From Spirochaetia bacterium (GTDB lineage: Bacteria > Spirochaetota > Spirochaetia > DSM-27196 > Salinispiraceae), in contig JBBRCZ010000014.1 of the NCBI GenBank assembly GCA_038204425.1, positions 14,080 to 78,079 of the forward strand: a DNA stretch of 64,000 nt, given 5' to 3'. Shown in pieces: positions 28,953-38,913 of this stretch. Made by a program: the position numbers and the translations under genes. Under the pieces are notes generated by a model. It had not been told where the DNA came from. It did no database searches and saw only the letters and a program-made list of their open reading frames with translations. The first letter of the stretch is position 1. Every line of letters starts with the position of its first letter.

Positions 28953-31736
28953 ATGACTTCGACTCAAAAGTTTGGACTAAGTCTTCTTATTTCTCTACTC
29001 GCATTTGGCATATTTATTTTTTGGGCCTACTCTGGATTATTTGACAGCATAGAGCAAACATTCTTTAATCAAAGAGTTATTAAGCAAGCCGACCAACGAG
29101 CTGGCCAAATCTTGACCGATCTCAAAGAGTCGCAAAAGAAACTGCTCGGTTTCTTGGATAGTCGCTTTACTGGTCCGTCGGTGGCGTCCACCTTTTTTGT
29201 CAATCAAAACCAAGAGCGAGAATCCGAGCGATTGGAAATTTTCGCAGAACTTTCCAATCTTTTTGGTATGCGAACCATTCGAATCTTTGACCTCAATACA
29301 AAGCTTAATTTTTCCAATATCGCTAGTGACATAAGAGAGCAGTCTGGAACAAGGCGCGAGTATCAAATAAATGACGTAATTGATCCTCAAAAAGCGTTAA
29401 CTTCAAAAATGCTTGTCGATGGCGAAGCTCTTAGATTTGAGTGGTTGAGCGAGTCCAATAGTTGGCGGGCCTGGGCGCCCGTTAAGGATGAGTATAAAGT
29501 ATTTCGTGGCACGGCTATTGTGGAAGGCTCAACATCCGGCTTGGTCCAATCGTCATTGGGACAGGGTTTTGATGGACAGGCTACGGTAATAGACACGAAG
29601 ACGCTCGTTCTTAACTTTCCGCAAGGCCTTTATCCTGGACTTCTTGAGGCAATTCAAGGCCGTAGCGGAGAAGGCAAAGACTTTAGTGTTGAGGCTAGTC
29701 GCGAGGGCAACAAAAGCTTTGTTGTTCACCGTGTTTCTTACAATGAAGAACTTGGCACCTTTTGGTACTTGCTTGATCAGGCGGGCCTGCAACTGCCTAT
29801 TGGCTTTCGTGTACTTTTGATGATCGTGGTTTTTACCACTGTTTTTCTAATAACATTTTTACTGTTCAATTTTAGACACGATGAAGTGCTGGTTCTTCAA
29901 GAACGAATCAAACGGCTTCAGATAGGACTAGTCAAAGAATTTTTAGTTCAGAAACGAGATATGGAGCCAACCAGGCTGCTCTCAGAGCTCAATTCTCGTC
30001 GTGAAGAGGTAAAAGACGCCGTTAAACATGGACTTAAAGCCAAAAAAAGCAAAGAGGCTTGGGTCGATGAGCTCGTCGACAAAGGCTGGGACGAGGTAGT
30101 TCAGATTCTTGGAGGAGGCCGTGATCTAACGGTTCAGAATCAAACAAACTTTGATTTTTCCAAACTTGAAGCCATGATGCGCAAGATTGTTTTCACAGGG
30201 CAAGTCAATGTTGCACCTGTTCCCAACCAATCCGTTAAGGTTAAAGCTGCGGCTAAGGCTATTGTAGCTCAGGGGGCGAGCGAGTTTGTTGAGCAAGGTG
30301 ACGTTGATGGAGACCTCGAAGAGTTGGACGAACTCGAGGCCGAGCTTGTAGAAGAGGCCGAGGAAGTAGAAGAGCCTGAGGAAGTAGAAGAGGCCGAGGA
30401 AGTAGAAGAGGCCGAGGAAGTAGAAGAGGCCGAGGAAGTAGAAGAGGCTGAGGAAGTAGAAGAGGCCGAGGAAGTAGAAGAGCCTGAGGAAGTAGAAGAG
30501 GCCGAGGAAGTAGAAGAGGCTGAGGAAGTAGAAGAGGCCGAGGAAGTAGAAGACGCCGAGCTTGTAGAAGAGGCTGAGGAAGTAGAAAGGGAACTGCCTT
30601 TTTACGACAGCAACATTCCCGTTGAGATAGAGTTTGATATTGATGAAGGTCTTTTGATTGTTTCCGCGCTACCTACAGACGGTCAGATAGCTGTGATGGA
30701 ATCCGCAACGCTAGGAGAACTAGAGGAATTAGAAGCAGAAGAGCTTGAAGAAATAGAAGCAGAAGAGCTTGAAGTAGAAGAACTTGACCACGAAGACGTT
30801 CCTGTCTATGAAGTTAGCTCTGAGCAGGTTCAACCGTCTTTCTTTGGTTTTGGAGCTGGCATGGGCAGGTTTGGCGGTCATAGTTCCTCTAAGTTGGGGC
30901 AAGTTCAGGTGATTGAGGGAGCCCGGACCCTAGAAGAGCTGCATAACTGGTTTAAGAATTCCGCTCAAACAGTTCTTTTGGAGCAGTTCCATAGTCAAGG
31001 GCAAGTGGGCAAGTGGAAGTTTGATCTCAGTGGTGATGGTGTAATCAAAATTCCTGACAGTTTGATAAAAAATCAAGCATCAAAGAAAACTGACGAGTTG
31101 GGCAGTCTGATAAAGACTGTCGTCAACAAAGACGAAAAGCTGGAACATCCAATGCTACCCAACATTGGCGGATTGTTTAAGTTTGAGGCCAAACTCGAAC
31201 GCAGTCAGGGTCTTCCTGATGAAAAGACTGATGTTTCTGAATACCGAAGCTTTTATAAAGCAAAAAACGCAGATGACTTGGGGCTGCTGCTTGGCAAATT
31301 TGGTATTGATTTTGATCACTTTTTAGAAAATTTTAGTTCGAGTGAAGCGGGTAAGGTTAAGGCACTTTATGTTCTGGCCAAGAGATTTGGCGCAGTCTAT
31401 TCTCTCATGCTTCGTTTTGAACAGGGTGGCGCGCGTGTCATGAGGAACGTGGGTTTGGGTGCTGCCTTTAACTCAGTAATGCATACCAGCGCCAAAGGGG
31501 ATCTATTGCTCGACCTAAACGAGAGTCCCGCATTGGCCAGTTTTCAAGATATGTCAAAACTGTCTGCTCTCTTTAAGGACTTTCCAAAAGAGCTTCTTGC
31601 TATGTCTTGTGCGATAATGCTTCCCTGTAAGGTCGAAGGAAAACAAACATTTGTTATTTTCTTTTTTGGGCAGGCCATGGAATTGAAATCCTTTATTGAT
31701 CGCTATATGGTTAGCCTTCGTTTTATAGAAGGATAG
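28953..31736 (+). CDS. Hypothetical two-TM membrane protein with a periplasmic domain and a long cytoplasmic Glu-rich repeat region
   Basis: 927-aa ORF; TM segments at ~aa 8-30 and ~285-305; (EEAEEV)n. Confidence 0.8.
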   Translation: MTSTQKFGLSLLISLLAFGIFIFWAYSGLFDSIEQTFFNQRVIKQADQRAGQILTDLKESQKKLLGFLDSRFTGPSVASTFFVNQNQERESERLEIFAELSNLFGMRTIRIFDLNTKLNFSNIASDIREQSGTRREYQINDVIDPQKALTSKMLVDGEALRFEWLSESNSWRAWAPVKDEYKVFRGTAIVEGSTSGLVQSSLGQGFDGQATVIDTKTLVLNFPQGLYPGLLEAIQGRSGEGKDFSVEASREGNKSFVVHRVSYNEELGTFWYLLDQAGLQLPIGFRVLLMIVVFTTVFLITFLLFNFRHDEVLVLQERIKRLQIGLVKEFLVQKRDMEPTRLLSELNSRREEVKDAVKHGLKAKKSKEAWVDELVDKGWDEVVQILGGGRDLTVQNQTNFDFSKLEAMMRKIVFTGQVNVAPVPNQSVKVKAAAKAIVAQGASEFVEQGDVDGDLEELDELEAELVEEAEEVEEPEEVEEAEEVEEAEEVEEAEEVEEAEEVEEAEEVEEPEEVEEAEEVEEAEEVEEAEEVEDAELVEEAEEVERELPFYDSNIPVEIEFDIDEGLLIVSALPTDGQIAVMESATLGELEELEAEELEEIEAEELEVEELDHEDVPVYEVSSEQVQPSFFGFGAGMGRFGGHSSSKLGQVQVIEGARTLEELHNWFKNSAQTVLLEQFHSQGQVGKWKFDLSGDGVIKIPDSLIKNQASKKTDELGSLIKTVVNKDEKLEHPMLPNIGGLFKFEAKLERSQGLPDEKTDVSEYRSFYKAKNADDLGLLLGKFGIDFDHFLENFSSSEAGKVKALYVLAKRFGAVYSLMLRFEQGGARVMRNVGLGAAFNSVMHTSAKGDLLLDLNESPALASFQDMSKLSALFKDFPKELLAMSCAIMLPCKVEGKQTFVIFFFGQAMELKSFIDRYMVSLRFIEG
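30336..30587 (+). repeat. In-frame 18-bp tandem repeat, 14 units (GAGGCCGAGGAAGTAGAA and variants)
   Basis: Read directly; 252 bp = 14 x 18. Confidence 0.95.
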
Positions 31737-31744
31737 TTTTTTAA

Positions 31745-32359
31745 TTGAAAAATCATACTATTGAAGTCTTAGAGTCATATTACCACGATCGATTGGGCAA
31801 AGGCGGCATAAGTTCTCTTCAGCTGGGATGGGAAAATCGCGAGGCCCATTATGCTCGTTTTGCAACCTTGGCCGAAAGTGTGCAGCTTGTCGACAGAAGC
31901 ATTTTAGATGTCGGCTGCGGCTTGGGCGACCTTTGCGAGTTTCTGGATGAAGAAGGCATAGCTTGCAACTATCTCGGTGTAGATTTGCTTGAGGAAATGA
32001 TCAATCGCGCGCGGCATAGGTTTCCGAGCAGACGGTTTAGAGTTCTGGACCTGATTTCAGACCCCGCGAGCGCAGGCGAGACTTTTGATGTGGTCTACAG
32101 TTCCGGTGTGTTTAACCTTAGAGCAAGTGCCAACCAAAGTTTTTTGAGTAAGGCATTTGACTCTTTTGTGGCTTTGTCCAATCATCATATAGTCGTTTCA
32201 TTGTTAGATGAACGTTCGCCCGACCGAGATGACACTTTGTACTGCTATCATAATCAAGAGCAAGTTACCGCACTGCTACAAAGACCGGGGTGGACGATTG
32301 CGGTAGTTTCTGACTACTTACCCAATGATTTCACTATAATTGCAAGCAAGGAAGATTAG
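31745..32359 (+). CDS. Class I SAM-dependent methyltransferase
   Basis: SILDVGCGLGD, YLGVD, FDVVYSSGVFN. Confidence 0.85.
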   Translation: MKNHTIEVLESYYHDRLGKGGISSLQLGWENREAHYARFATLAESVQLVDRSILDVGCGLGDLCEFLDEEGIACNYLGVDLLEEMINRARHRFPSRRFRVLDLISDPASAGETFDVVYSSGVFNLRASANQSFLSKAFDSFVALSNHHIVVSLLDERSPDRDDTLYCYHNQEQVTALLQRPGWTIAVVSDYLPNDFTIIASKED

Positions 32360-32360
32360 C

Positions 32361-32807
32361 ATGAAGAGCGTTGAGGTTTTTACCGACGGTGGTTGCATTG
32401 GCAATCCTGGTCGCGGTGCTTGGGCTTACTTGATTAAGGGGCTCGGTGAAGACAAGAGTTCTAGCGGCTTTAGTGCCGAGACTACCAACAACAAGATGGA
32501 GCTGGAGGCGGTAATCCAATCGCTTATCTTCCTCAGTGAGGACGCACAGCGAGAAGGTTTTGAAACGGTAGTTTATACCGATAGTCAATATGTTAAAAAT
32601 GGCATCACAACTTGGATTCATGCTTGGCTTAAGAACGGCTGGAAGACTGCCTCAAAAGACCCTGTCAAAAATCAAGACTTATGGAAGCGTTTGCTGGTAC
32701 TGCAGAACACTCTTAAGCCGCGATGGCAGTGGCTTAAGGGGCATGCAGGTCACCCCGAGAATGAGTTCTGCGACGCTCTGGTTCAGTCCACTATAAAAGC
32801 CAACTAA
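32361..32807 (+). CDS. rnhA: Ribonuclease HI
   Basis: FTDGGCIGNPG, TTNNKMEL, TDSQY, WLKNGWK, VKNQDLW, KGHAGHPENEFCD. Confidence 0.96.
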   Translation: MKSVEVFTDGGCIGNPGRGAWAYLIKGLGEDKSSSGFSAETTNNKMELEAVIQSLIFLSEDAQREGFETVVYTDSQYVKNGITTWIHAWLKNGWKTASKDPVKNQDLWKRLLVLQNTLKPRWQWLKGHAGHPENEFCDALVQSTIKAN

Positions 32808-32862
32808 AATACGTACCAAGCACAATCCGCTCTAGTTTTTGCTCTGTAGATAAGGCTGGGAG

Positions 32863-34494
32863 TTGCCTATGACTATCTATGGTTTTAATCCTTTGGGCGG
32901 AGAAGACTGTTTGGTGTACCTCGAACTCGATATCAGACGTGGTTTGCCGGTTATCGACATGGTTGGCATGCCGGGTATGGCTGTTAGGGAGGCTCGAGAG
33001 CGAATAAGAGCTGCGGCCTGTTTTTGCCAGCTTGCCTTGCCAGTTGGTCGAGTTTTGATCAATATTGCTCCAAGTGCTGTTCCAAAGGGTGGTGCGAGTC
33101 TTGACCTTGCATTGGCCATGGGGGTCTTGTCCGCAGGCTTACCGTGTTTGGAAAACGACAGCCGTAAGGTGCTCATAATGGGGGAGCTTGGTTTGGCGGG
33201 CAAGGTGCATTCGAGCGAGGGGGTCTTGCATGCCCTAATTGAAGCCAAACGTCAGGGAATAGAATACTGCATTGTGCCACGATCCAACGCAATAGAGTTG
33301 AGCGCTATGCCGCTTGACTATACTGTGATGGTTGACACTTTGGCAGAAGCGTTTGAGGCCATCAAGCAAATGCTGGTGGGTCAAACCCTGCCATCCACTA
33401 AGCTTGAGCTCAGCAAGCAAGCTCAAGCAGCATGTTTAGAACCAAGTCAACTCGTGCGCTCGCCAAGCAGCATACTTAGTTTTTCTGTCCTGGACCAAGA
33501 CCCAATTCTTAAGTTGGGGGTGCTTGCTGCGGCCGCAGGTGCGCATAACACGCTTTTTTTTGGACCACCGGGAGTTGGAAAAAGCATGTTGATGGAAACG
33601 GTTGGGCACTTATTGCCAGCGCTCGATCCAGACGAGGTTTTGGAAGTAAACCGAATTTATTCACGGGCAGGGAAGCTTAACGCTCAGCGTGGCTTGATTA
33701 GAACCAGCCCATGTCGAAAGCCACACCATACTTCGAGTACTGAGGCCTTGGTTGGTGGTGGAAAGCCGCCTCGTCCCGGTGAAATTTCTCTTGCGCATCG
33801 TGGTGCGCTTATTCTGGACGAGGCCGCTGAGTACAGCCGTGGTAGTCTGCAGAGTCTGCGCGAACCTTTGGAGCTTGGCCGGATCAGTGTTGGAAGAGTT
33901 GACAATCCAAGCGAGTACCCGGCCTGCTTTCAGTTGCTTATGGCCATAAACTGCTGCCCTTGTGGCAGTTTGGGATCGTTAAAAGGTACTTGCGCTTGCT
34001 CGGTCCAAGAAGTTAAGCGTTATTGGGCAAGGCTTGGTGGGGCCCTGATCGATCGGATAGACCTTAGGCTTTCTGTTGGCATGCCTGATTTTGGCCTTAG
34101 TCGATTGGGAATGACCCGCCAGCAAATTGCTGACCTTAGCAAGCACTACCCCTTGCCAACTAGTTTTTTTGAGCTGTCGCAGAAGGTTGAAACAGCCAGA
34201 GAACGCCAACGCAGACGAAAAAGTGCCGGGGCCGAGCTCTACTTGCGCAATCAAGACCTCAAGGGCTTGCAAGTTGAGACAATAGCAAGGGTTTCCGAAA
34301 GTGCCGTGCCGCAGCTCGAGGCACTTAACCGCTGCATGGCGGGCAATCGTCGCGCGCTCCACGGCGTTTTGCGGGTGGCCAGAACGCTCGCCGATTTAAA
34401 CGGTAGCCAAGATCTATCATCTACCGACATTTTGATGGCTGACGCTCTTAGGGCCGGCATTAGTCCCGCAGCAGGAATAGAGATACATGCCTGA
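32863..34494 (+). CDS. comM: YifB/ComM family Mg-chelatase-like AAA+ ATPase
   Basis: GPPGVGKSM, PHHTSS, PGEISLAHRGALILDE, CPCG, DRIDL, ARTLADL. Confidence 0.88.
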   Translation: MPMTIYGFNPLGGEDCLVYLELDIRRGLPVIDMVGMPGMAVREARERIRAAACFCQLALPVGRVLINIAPSAVPKGGASLDLALAMGVLSAGLPCLENDSRKVLIMGELGLAGKVHSSEGVLHALIEAKRQGIEYCIVPRSNAIELSAMPLDYTVMVDTLAEAFEAIKQMLVGQTLPSTKLELSKQAQAACLEPSQLVRSPSSILSFSVLDQDPILKLGVLAAAAGAHNTLFFGPPGVGKSMLMETVGHLLPALDPDEVLEVNRIYSRAGKLNAQRGLIRTSPCRKPHHTSSTEALVGGGKPPRPGEISLAHRGALILDEAAEYSRGSLQSLREPLELGRISVGRVDNPSEYPACFQLLMAINCCPCGSLGSLKGTCACSVQEVKRYWARLGGALIDRIDLRLSVGMPDFGLSRLGMTRQQIADLSKHYPLPTSFFELSQKVETARERQRRRKSAGAELYLRNQDLKGLQVETIARVSESAVPQLEALNRCMAGNRRALHGVLRVARTLADLNGSQDLSSTDILMADALRAGISPAAGIEIHA

Positions 34495-34536
34495 GCTGCT
34501 TGGCTAATCGGTGATATTTTTCTATATTGTTTTTAT

Positions 34537-35751
34537 ATGGCATTTTACAATGGAAAACAGCTTTTTATTTTTTGTCTCACGAGTGCGGTTGGGAGCTTGG
34601 TTTTGGCGACGCTCTTTGGCTTGGTGCGCTTGGAGCCGGCGCCAATGATGGCCAACCAGGCTGGTTCCAGTACCACCCTAGATGCCACCAACAATAGCCC
34701 TCAAAGTGTGCATTTGGTAGCTGACTCAAGCCGCACATTTACCGATGACGAACAAAACAATATCTCAATCTATGAGACTTACTCCTCGGCAGTGGTCAAC
34801 ATTAGTTCTGAGAAGGTCTACTATTCGTTCTTTGAGGCGATTCCTCAGGAAGGCGCCACCGGCTCGGGGTCGATAATCGATGCTCGAGGTTACATTCTGA
34901 CTAACAATCACGTTATAAAAAACTCATCGCGACTATTTGTTACCTTGTCCAGCGGCGATAAGCTGGAGGCCAAAATTGTTGGTGTGGATCCCGAAAACGA
35001 TTTAGCCGTCATAAAGATTGACCCTGGCAACAGAACCCTTAAGACCATAGATTTGGGGACGAGCTCCAATCTCAAAGTTGGCCAAAAGATCTTGGCAATT
35101 GGTAACCCTTTTTCCTTTAACTGGACGCTGACGACCGGCGTGGTCTCTGGTCTTGGTCGTCCTATTAGGAGCGACAACAATTTGGTGATACAAAACATGA
35201 TTCAAACCGACGCGGCCATCAATTCTGGTAACTCAGGTGGGCCCTTGCTCGATTCCAAGGGTAGGATGATTGGCATCAACACCATGATTTTTAGCCCTTC
35301 CGGTGGATCAGTGGGTATCGGGTTTTCTGTGCCAGTCGACACAGCCAAAAGAGTTGTTCCAGAACTAATTAGTACGGGCAAGGTTAGACGAGGTTGGATA
35401 GAACTGAGTCCTATCCAACTATTTCCTGAGCTGGTGCGCTATGCGCGTCTGCAGATTTCGCAAGGTGTATTGGTAAGCCGCATTAGATCGGGCGGTAACG
35501 CTGATAGGGCTGGCCTAAGAGCTGGGAACCGCCAGAACGCCGTCAACTATGGAAGAACGGTGATCTACCTTGGTGGCGACATTATTGTGGAAGTTGACGG
35601 CACTGCAATCCTTGGCATCGCCAGCCTCTATGAGGCGCTTGAAGACAATAAGCCAGGACAAACGATTACGATCGTTTACTACAGAGATAACAAGAAATAT
35701 GAAACTACGGTTACACTAAGTGAACGGCCTGCTGATTATCTAGTAGATTAA
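34537..35751 (+). CDS. HtrA/DegQ-family serine protease with a PDZ domain
   Basis: GSGSII, LTNNHVI, DLAVIK, IQTDAAINSGNSGGPL. Confidence 0.93.
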   Translation: MAFYNGKQLFIFCLTSAVGSLVLATLFGLVRLEPAPMMANQAGSSTTLDATNNSPQSVHLVADSSRTFTDDEQNNISIYETYSSAVVNISSEKVYYSFFEAIPQEGATGSGSIIDARGYILTNNHVIKNSSRLFVTLSSGDKLEAKIVGVDPENDLAVIKIDPGNRTLKTIDLGTSSNLKVGQKILAIGNPFSFNWTLTTGVVSGLGRPIRSDNNLVIQNMIQTDAAINSGNSGGPLLDSKGRMIGINTMIFSPSGGSVGIGFSVPVDTAKRVVPELISTGKVRRGWIELSPIQLFPELVRYARLQISQGVLVSRIRSGGNADRAGLRAGNRQNAVNYGRTVIYLGGDIIVEVDGTAILGIASLYEALEDNKPGQTITIVYYRDNKKYETTVTLSERPADYLVD

Positions 35752-35789
35752 AAAAAAGCTGGCTTGGAATCCCCAAGCCAGCTTTTTTT
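35751..35789. terminator. Bidirectional intrinsic terminator
   Basis: A7-GCTGGCTTGG-AATCC-CCAAGCCAGC-T7 between convergent genes. Confidence 0.9.
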
Positions 35790-35808
35790 ACACTATTCAT
35801 TTCCGTAA

Positions 35809-36711
35809 TTATTCTTTGATCGATCCGATCATAACGCCCTTAGCAAAGTACTTCTGCAAGAAAGGGTAGACCATAACTATGGGCAGCGTTGCCACCATCA
35901 TAGTCGCCATGGTTAGCGATTTGGTACTAACTTTGGCTGACATGCGCGCCATTTCAGCTGCAGAAGGCGCTATAGCCCCCAACTGTTCCATCATTATGTT
36001 TGAGTTAATAATCTGGTTGAGCAAGGTCTGCATTGGCACCAGTTTATCGCCTTCGCGCCCGGCCATAAAAATGGCACCCGCAAACCAGTCGTTCCAATGG
36101 CCGACGGCGGTAAACAAGATCAAACTTGCAAAGACCGGCAACGACACGTGGATAATGATGCTAAAGAAGATCTGATAGTGGTTGGCGCCGTCCATCTGAG
36201 CTGATTCTTCAAGCGACTTTGGAATTCCTTCAAAGAAACTCTTGAAAATGATCATGTTCCACACGTTGACAATGGCAGGCAAAATGTACACGAAGAAGTT
36301 GTTGGTTAGGCCAAGTGCTTTCATCAGAATGTAAGTAGGAATTAGCCCGCCAGAAAAATACATGGTCACAACGCACAGACCCATGTAAAACTTGCGACCG
36401 CGTAAGTGCTCCTTGGACAAACCGTAGGCCATCAATGCAGTGAAGATGATCGAAACAAAGGAGCCAAACAAGGTTCTTGCGATCGTAATCAGGTAAGCAT
36501 TGCCGATACGCGGGTTTTGAAACACTACCTCGTAGTTGAGTAGTGTCGGCACGCGCGGCCAAATACTGATACCTCCAGCCAGCGTATCGTTGGCGTCGTT
36601 TAGGCTCAGTGCCATCGCGTTAAGGAAGGGATAGAGCATCATTATCGAAAGGATGGTTACAACCAGAACAGCGAATGTTTCAAAAACTATGTCGTCTTTT
36701 GATGATTTCAT
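35809..36711 (-). CDS. Carbohydrate ABC transporter permease (LplC/YtcP-like)
   Basis: YFSGGLIP, EESAQMDGA (EAA motif), PFLQKYF.KG. Confidence 0.9.
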   Translation of the reverse strand: MKSSKDDIVFETFAVLVVTILSIMMLYPFLNAMALSLNDANDTLAGGISIWPRVPTLLNYEVVFQNPRIGNAYLITIARTLFGSFVSIIFTALMAYGLSKEHLRGRKFYMGLCVVTMYFSGGLIPTYILMKALGLTNNFFVYILPAIVNVWNMIIFKSFFEGIPKSLEESAQMDGANHYQIFFSIIIHVSLPVFASLILFTAVGHWNDWFAGAIFMAGREGDKLVPMQTLLNQIINSNIMMEQLGAIAPSAAEMARMSAKVSTKSLTMATMMVATLPIVMVYPFLQKYFAKGVMIGSIKE

Positions 36712-36728
36712 TTATGTGTTTACCTCAA

Positions 36729-37682
36729 TTACCAGAGTGCTGCGCCGGTTAGCTTACGAGCTGTCCGGTTGCCGAGCCATAGTAGAATAACGCTCACGCT
36801 GGCCTTAAATAGACCCGCGGCAGCTCCATATGAAAAGTTAGGAATTTGTTGCCTAAACGCTACACGGTAGACATAGGTGTCAATAACCTCGCTCGTTCCG
36901 CGTAAGACGATGTTGGTGCCCTGCTTAGTCAGTAGCAGAATATCGTCAAATCCTGCGGTTAAGATTGACGCTAAGGTCAGCACCAAGAAAATAACAATGA
37001 TCGGCAAAATACTGGGCAGGGTAATGTACCAAATCTGCTTTATGCGATTGAGGCCATCCATTTGAGCGGCTTCGTAAAGTGTTGGGTCAATACTCGAGAT
37101 AGCCGCAAGATAAACGATGGATCCAAACCCCATGGTCTTCCAGACGTTGGTAAAAATTAAGATCGGCTTGAACCAAAACGGCTCAGAAAAGAAGTTGATA
37201 GGTTTGCTAATTAGTCCCATAGATTTTAGTAACTGGTTGATGTCCCCGTTGTCTACTGCGAGTATGGAAAAGAACATACCAGCCACGATAACCCAAGAGA
37301 GGAAGTTTGGAAGGTAGGTGACCGTTTGAGTCACGCGTTTAAAAAGTCTAAACCTAATTTCGTTAAGTAGAAGTGCCAAAATGATTGGAGCAGGGAAGAC
37401 GAAGATCAACTTGAGAATACTGATCCACAGGGTGTTCCACATAATTGGTATAAAGTCCCTGCCGCCAAAGAAGGCTGCAAAGTGCTTGAGCCCAACAAAC
37501 TCGCTTCCAAGATAACCTTTTTCCAGCTTAAAGTCTTGAAAGGCCGCGATAACGCCAAACATTGGGACATAGGCGAAGACAAACAGCAGCAGAATTGAAG
37601 GAATTACCATCGACTGCAAGTCCAACTGCGTCGACAACCTCGGGGGTCTGATAGTTAGTTTCAATTTTTCTTGAGTTTCCAT
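36729..37682 (-). CDS. Carbohydrate ABC transporter permease (LplB/YteP-like)
   Basis: YLPNFLSWV, YLAAISSIDPTLYEAAQMDG. Confidence 0.9.
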   Translation of the reverse strand: METQEKLKLTIRPPRLSTQLDLQSMVIPSILLLFVFAYVPMFGVIAAFQDFKLEKGYLGSEFVGLKHFAAFFGGRDFIPIMWNTLWISILKLIFVFPAPIILALLLNEIRFRLFKRVTQTVTYLPNFLSWVIVAGMFFSILAVDNGDINQLLKSMGLISKPINFFSEPFWFKPILIFTNVWKTMGFGSIVYLAAISSIDPTLYEAAQMDGLNRIKQIWYITLPSILPIIVIFLVLTLASILTAGFDDILLLTKQGTNIVLRGTSEVIDTYVYRVAFRQQIPNFSYGAAAGLFKASVSVILLWLGNRTARKLTGAALW

Positions 37683-38031
37683 ACTGTATCCTAAGCCCGG
37701 TTTTTTGATCGGGCTACCTCCAATTTTCTACGATGTCTTTGCGTATTCCATGACAACGAATAGCGCAGATTTATTAGGAAACTTTCTTATACCACATTAA
37801 AATAGTAAGTTCTACACTGCTTTCACATGATACAAGAAATTGCCATACAAAAACTGGCTGACACTTGTATCAAAGCTATCTTGTTTGATTATAGTTCCAG
37901 AGCCTTGGTTTTGCCAAGTTTTTGGATCTATTGTTTTTTGGAGCTCGTTCGCCTAAACCCATTGAGGATGCATCCGACTGGCTAAGGGGCTCTTGTCGAC
38001 AAATGAGTGTCTGTCAACTATGTTTGGTGTC

Positions 38032-38913
38032 ATGACTAATAGAAGACTAACATACAGTTTGTTATAAAAAATACTTTCTTTTTCTCTATGCACTCTGGTT
38101 ACGCTATTCCTCAGTTCTTGCGTATCGGTTATTGCAGCTGCCCCGGTTGGCCACTCTCGATCTGCAGTGCCACTTGGACTAGATCCAGACGCAATTGCTG
38201 GGCAAGGCCAAGTTTGGCTTCACGCTTCGGTGGATTTAGAGCTACCAGGCAGCATAGTAGACCAAAGTAATTACACAGTACCGCAACGTTCTTTCCTTGG
38301 AAGCAGTGAAATTTTTGCAAGATTTGGTGGCTTGTTTCTCTACACTGAGCCCCAAGTCTTTGGTGATGCTCAGATATTTGGCGTCCTGAGTGGCTTTTAC
38401 CAGCAATTAGATTTGAAGACAGGAAACGTAATCAAGCAGGTTGATTCGGCCGGGGTCATCGTTAACTTAGGAGCGCGGCTTCTATTTGGAAGTTCTGATG
38501 ATGTGGTACGGTTTGGGACTATGAGTCAAATTTTCTATTCCTATGAAGCCGGTGCTTGGCCTGAATTGCGGCGCGCCTTGGACGGCACCGATGGCGGCAA
38601 TCCCCAAGCTTACTTTATTAACTTTAGTCCTACCGGCCATGGTTTTGGTTTTGCCGGTGGAGGGATTTTGCCAATTCGGCTTGATCGCGGCACCTACCTT
38701 ACCCCAAACTTCGTTGCAGAACTCTATTATTCTGATTTTATCAGTTCTGATGAATCCGATCCATTATTTTACTCGATGAGTACTAACTTTGGCTTGGCAC
38801 TCGACATGCCGTGGCTTCAAATTTGGGCAGAAGCTGGGTACAATGTTCTTTCGCCATTTTTTGGTCTTGGAACCTGGACTGCAAGGGCCGGCGCTTCATT
38901 TCGTGTCTTCTAG
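38032..38913 (+). CDS. Hypothetical lipoprotein/outer-membrane-like protein; 5' end interrupted by an in-frame TAA (possible pseudogene or non-canonical start)
   Basis: The frame upstream of 38167 encodes KILSFSLCTLVTLFLSSC (lipobox, Cys at 38119) but has TAA at 38065-67 after the ATG at 38032; C-terminus ends in Phe. Confidence 0.5.

Noticed and set aside
30336..30587. Repeat as a CRISPR-like or non-coding array
   Set aside because: Units are contiguous, in frame, without spacers, and vary mostly at synonymous or conservative positions: a coding tandem repeat.
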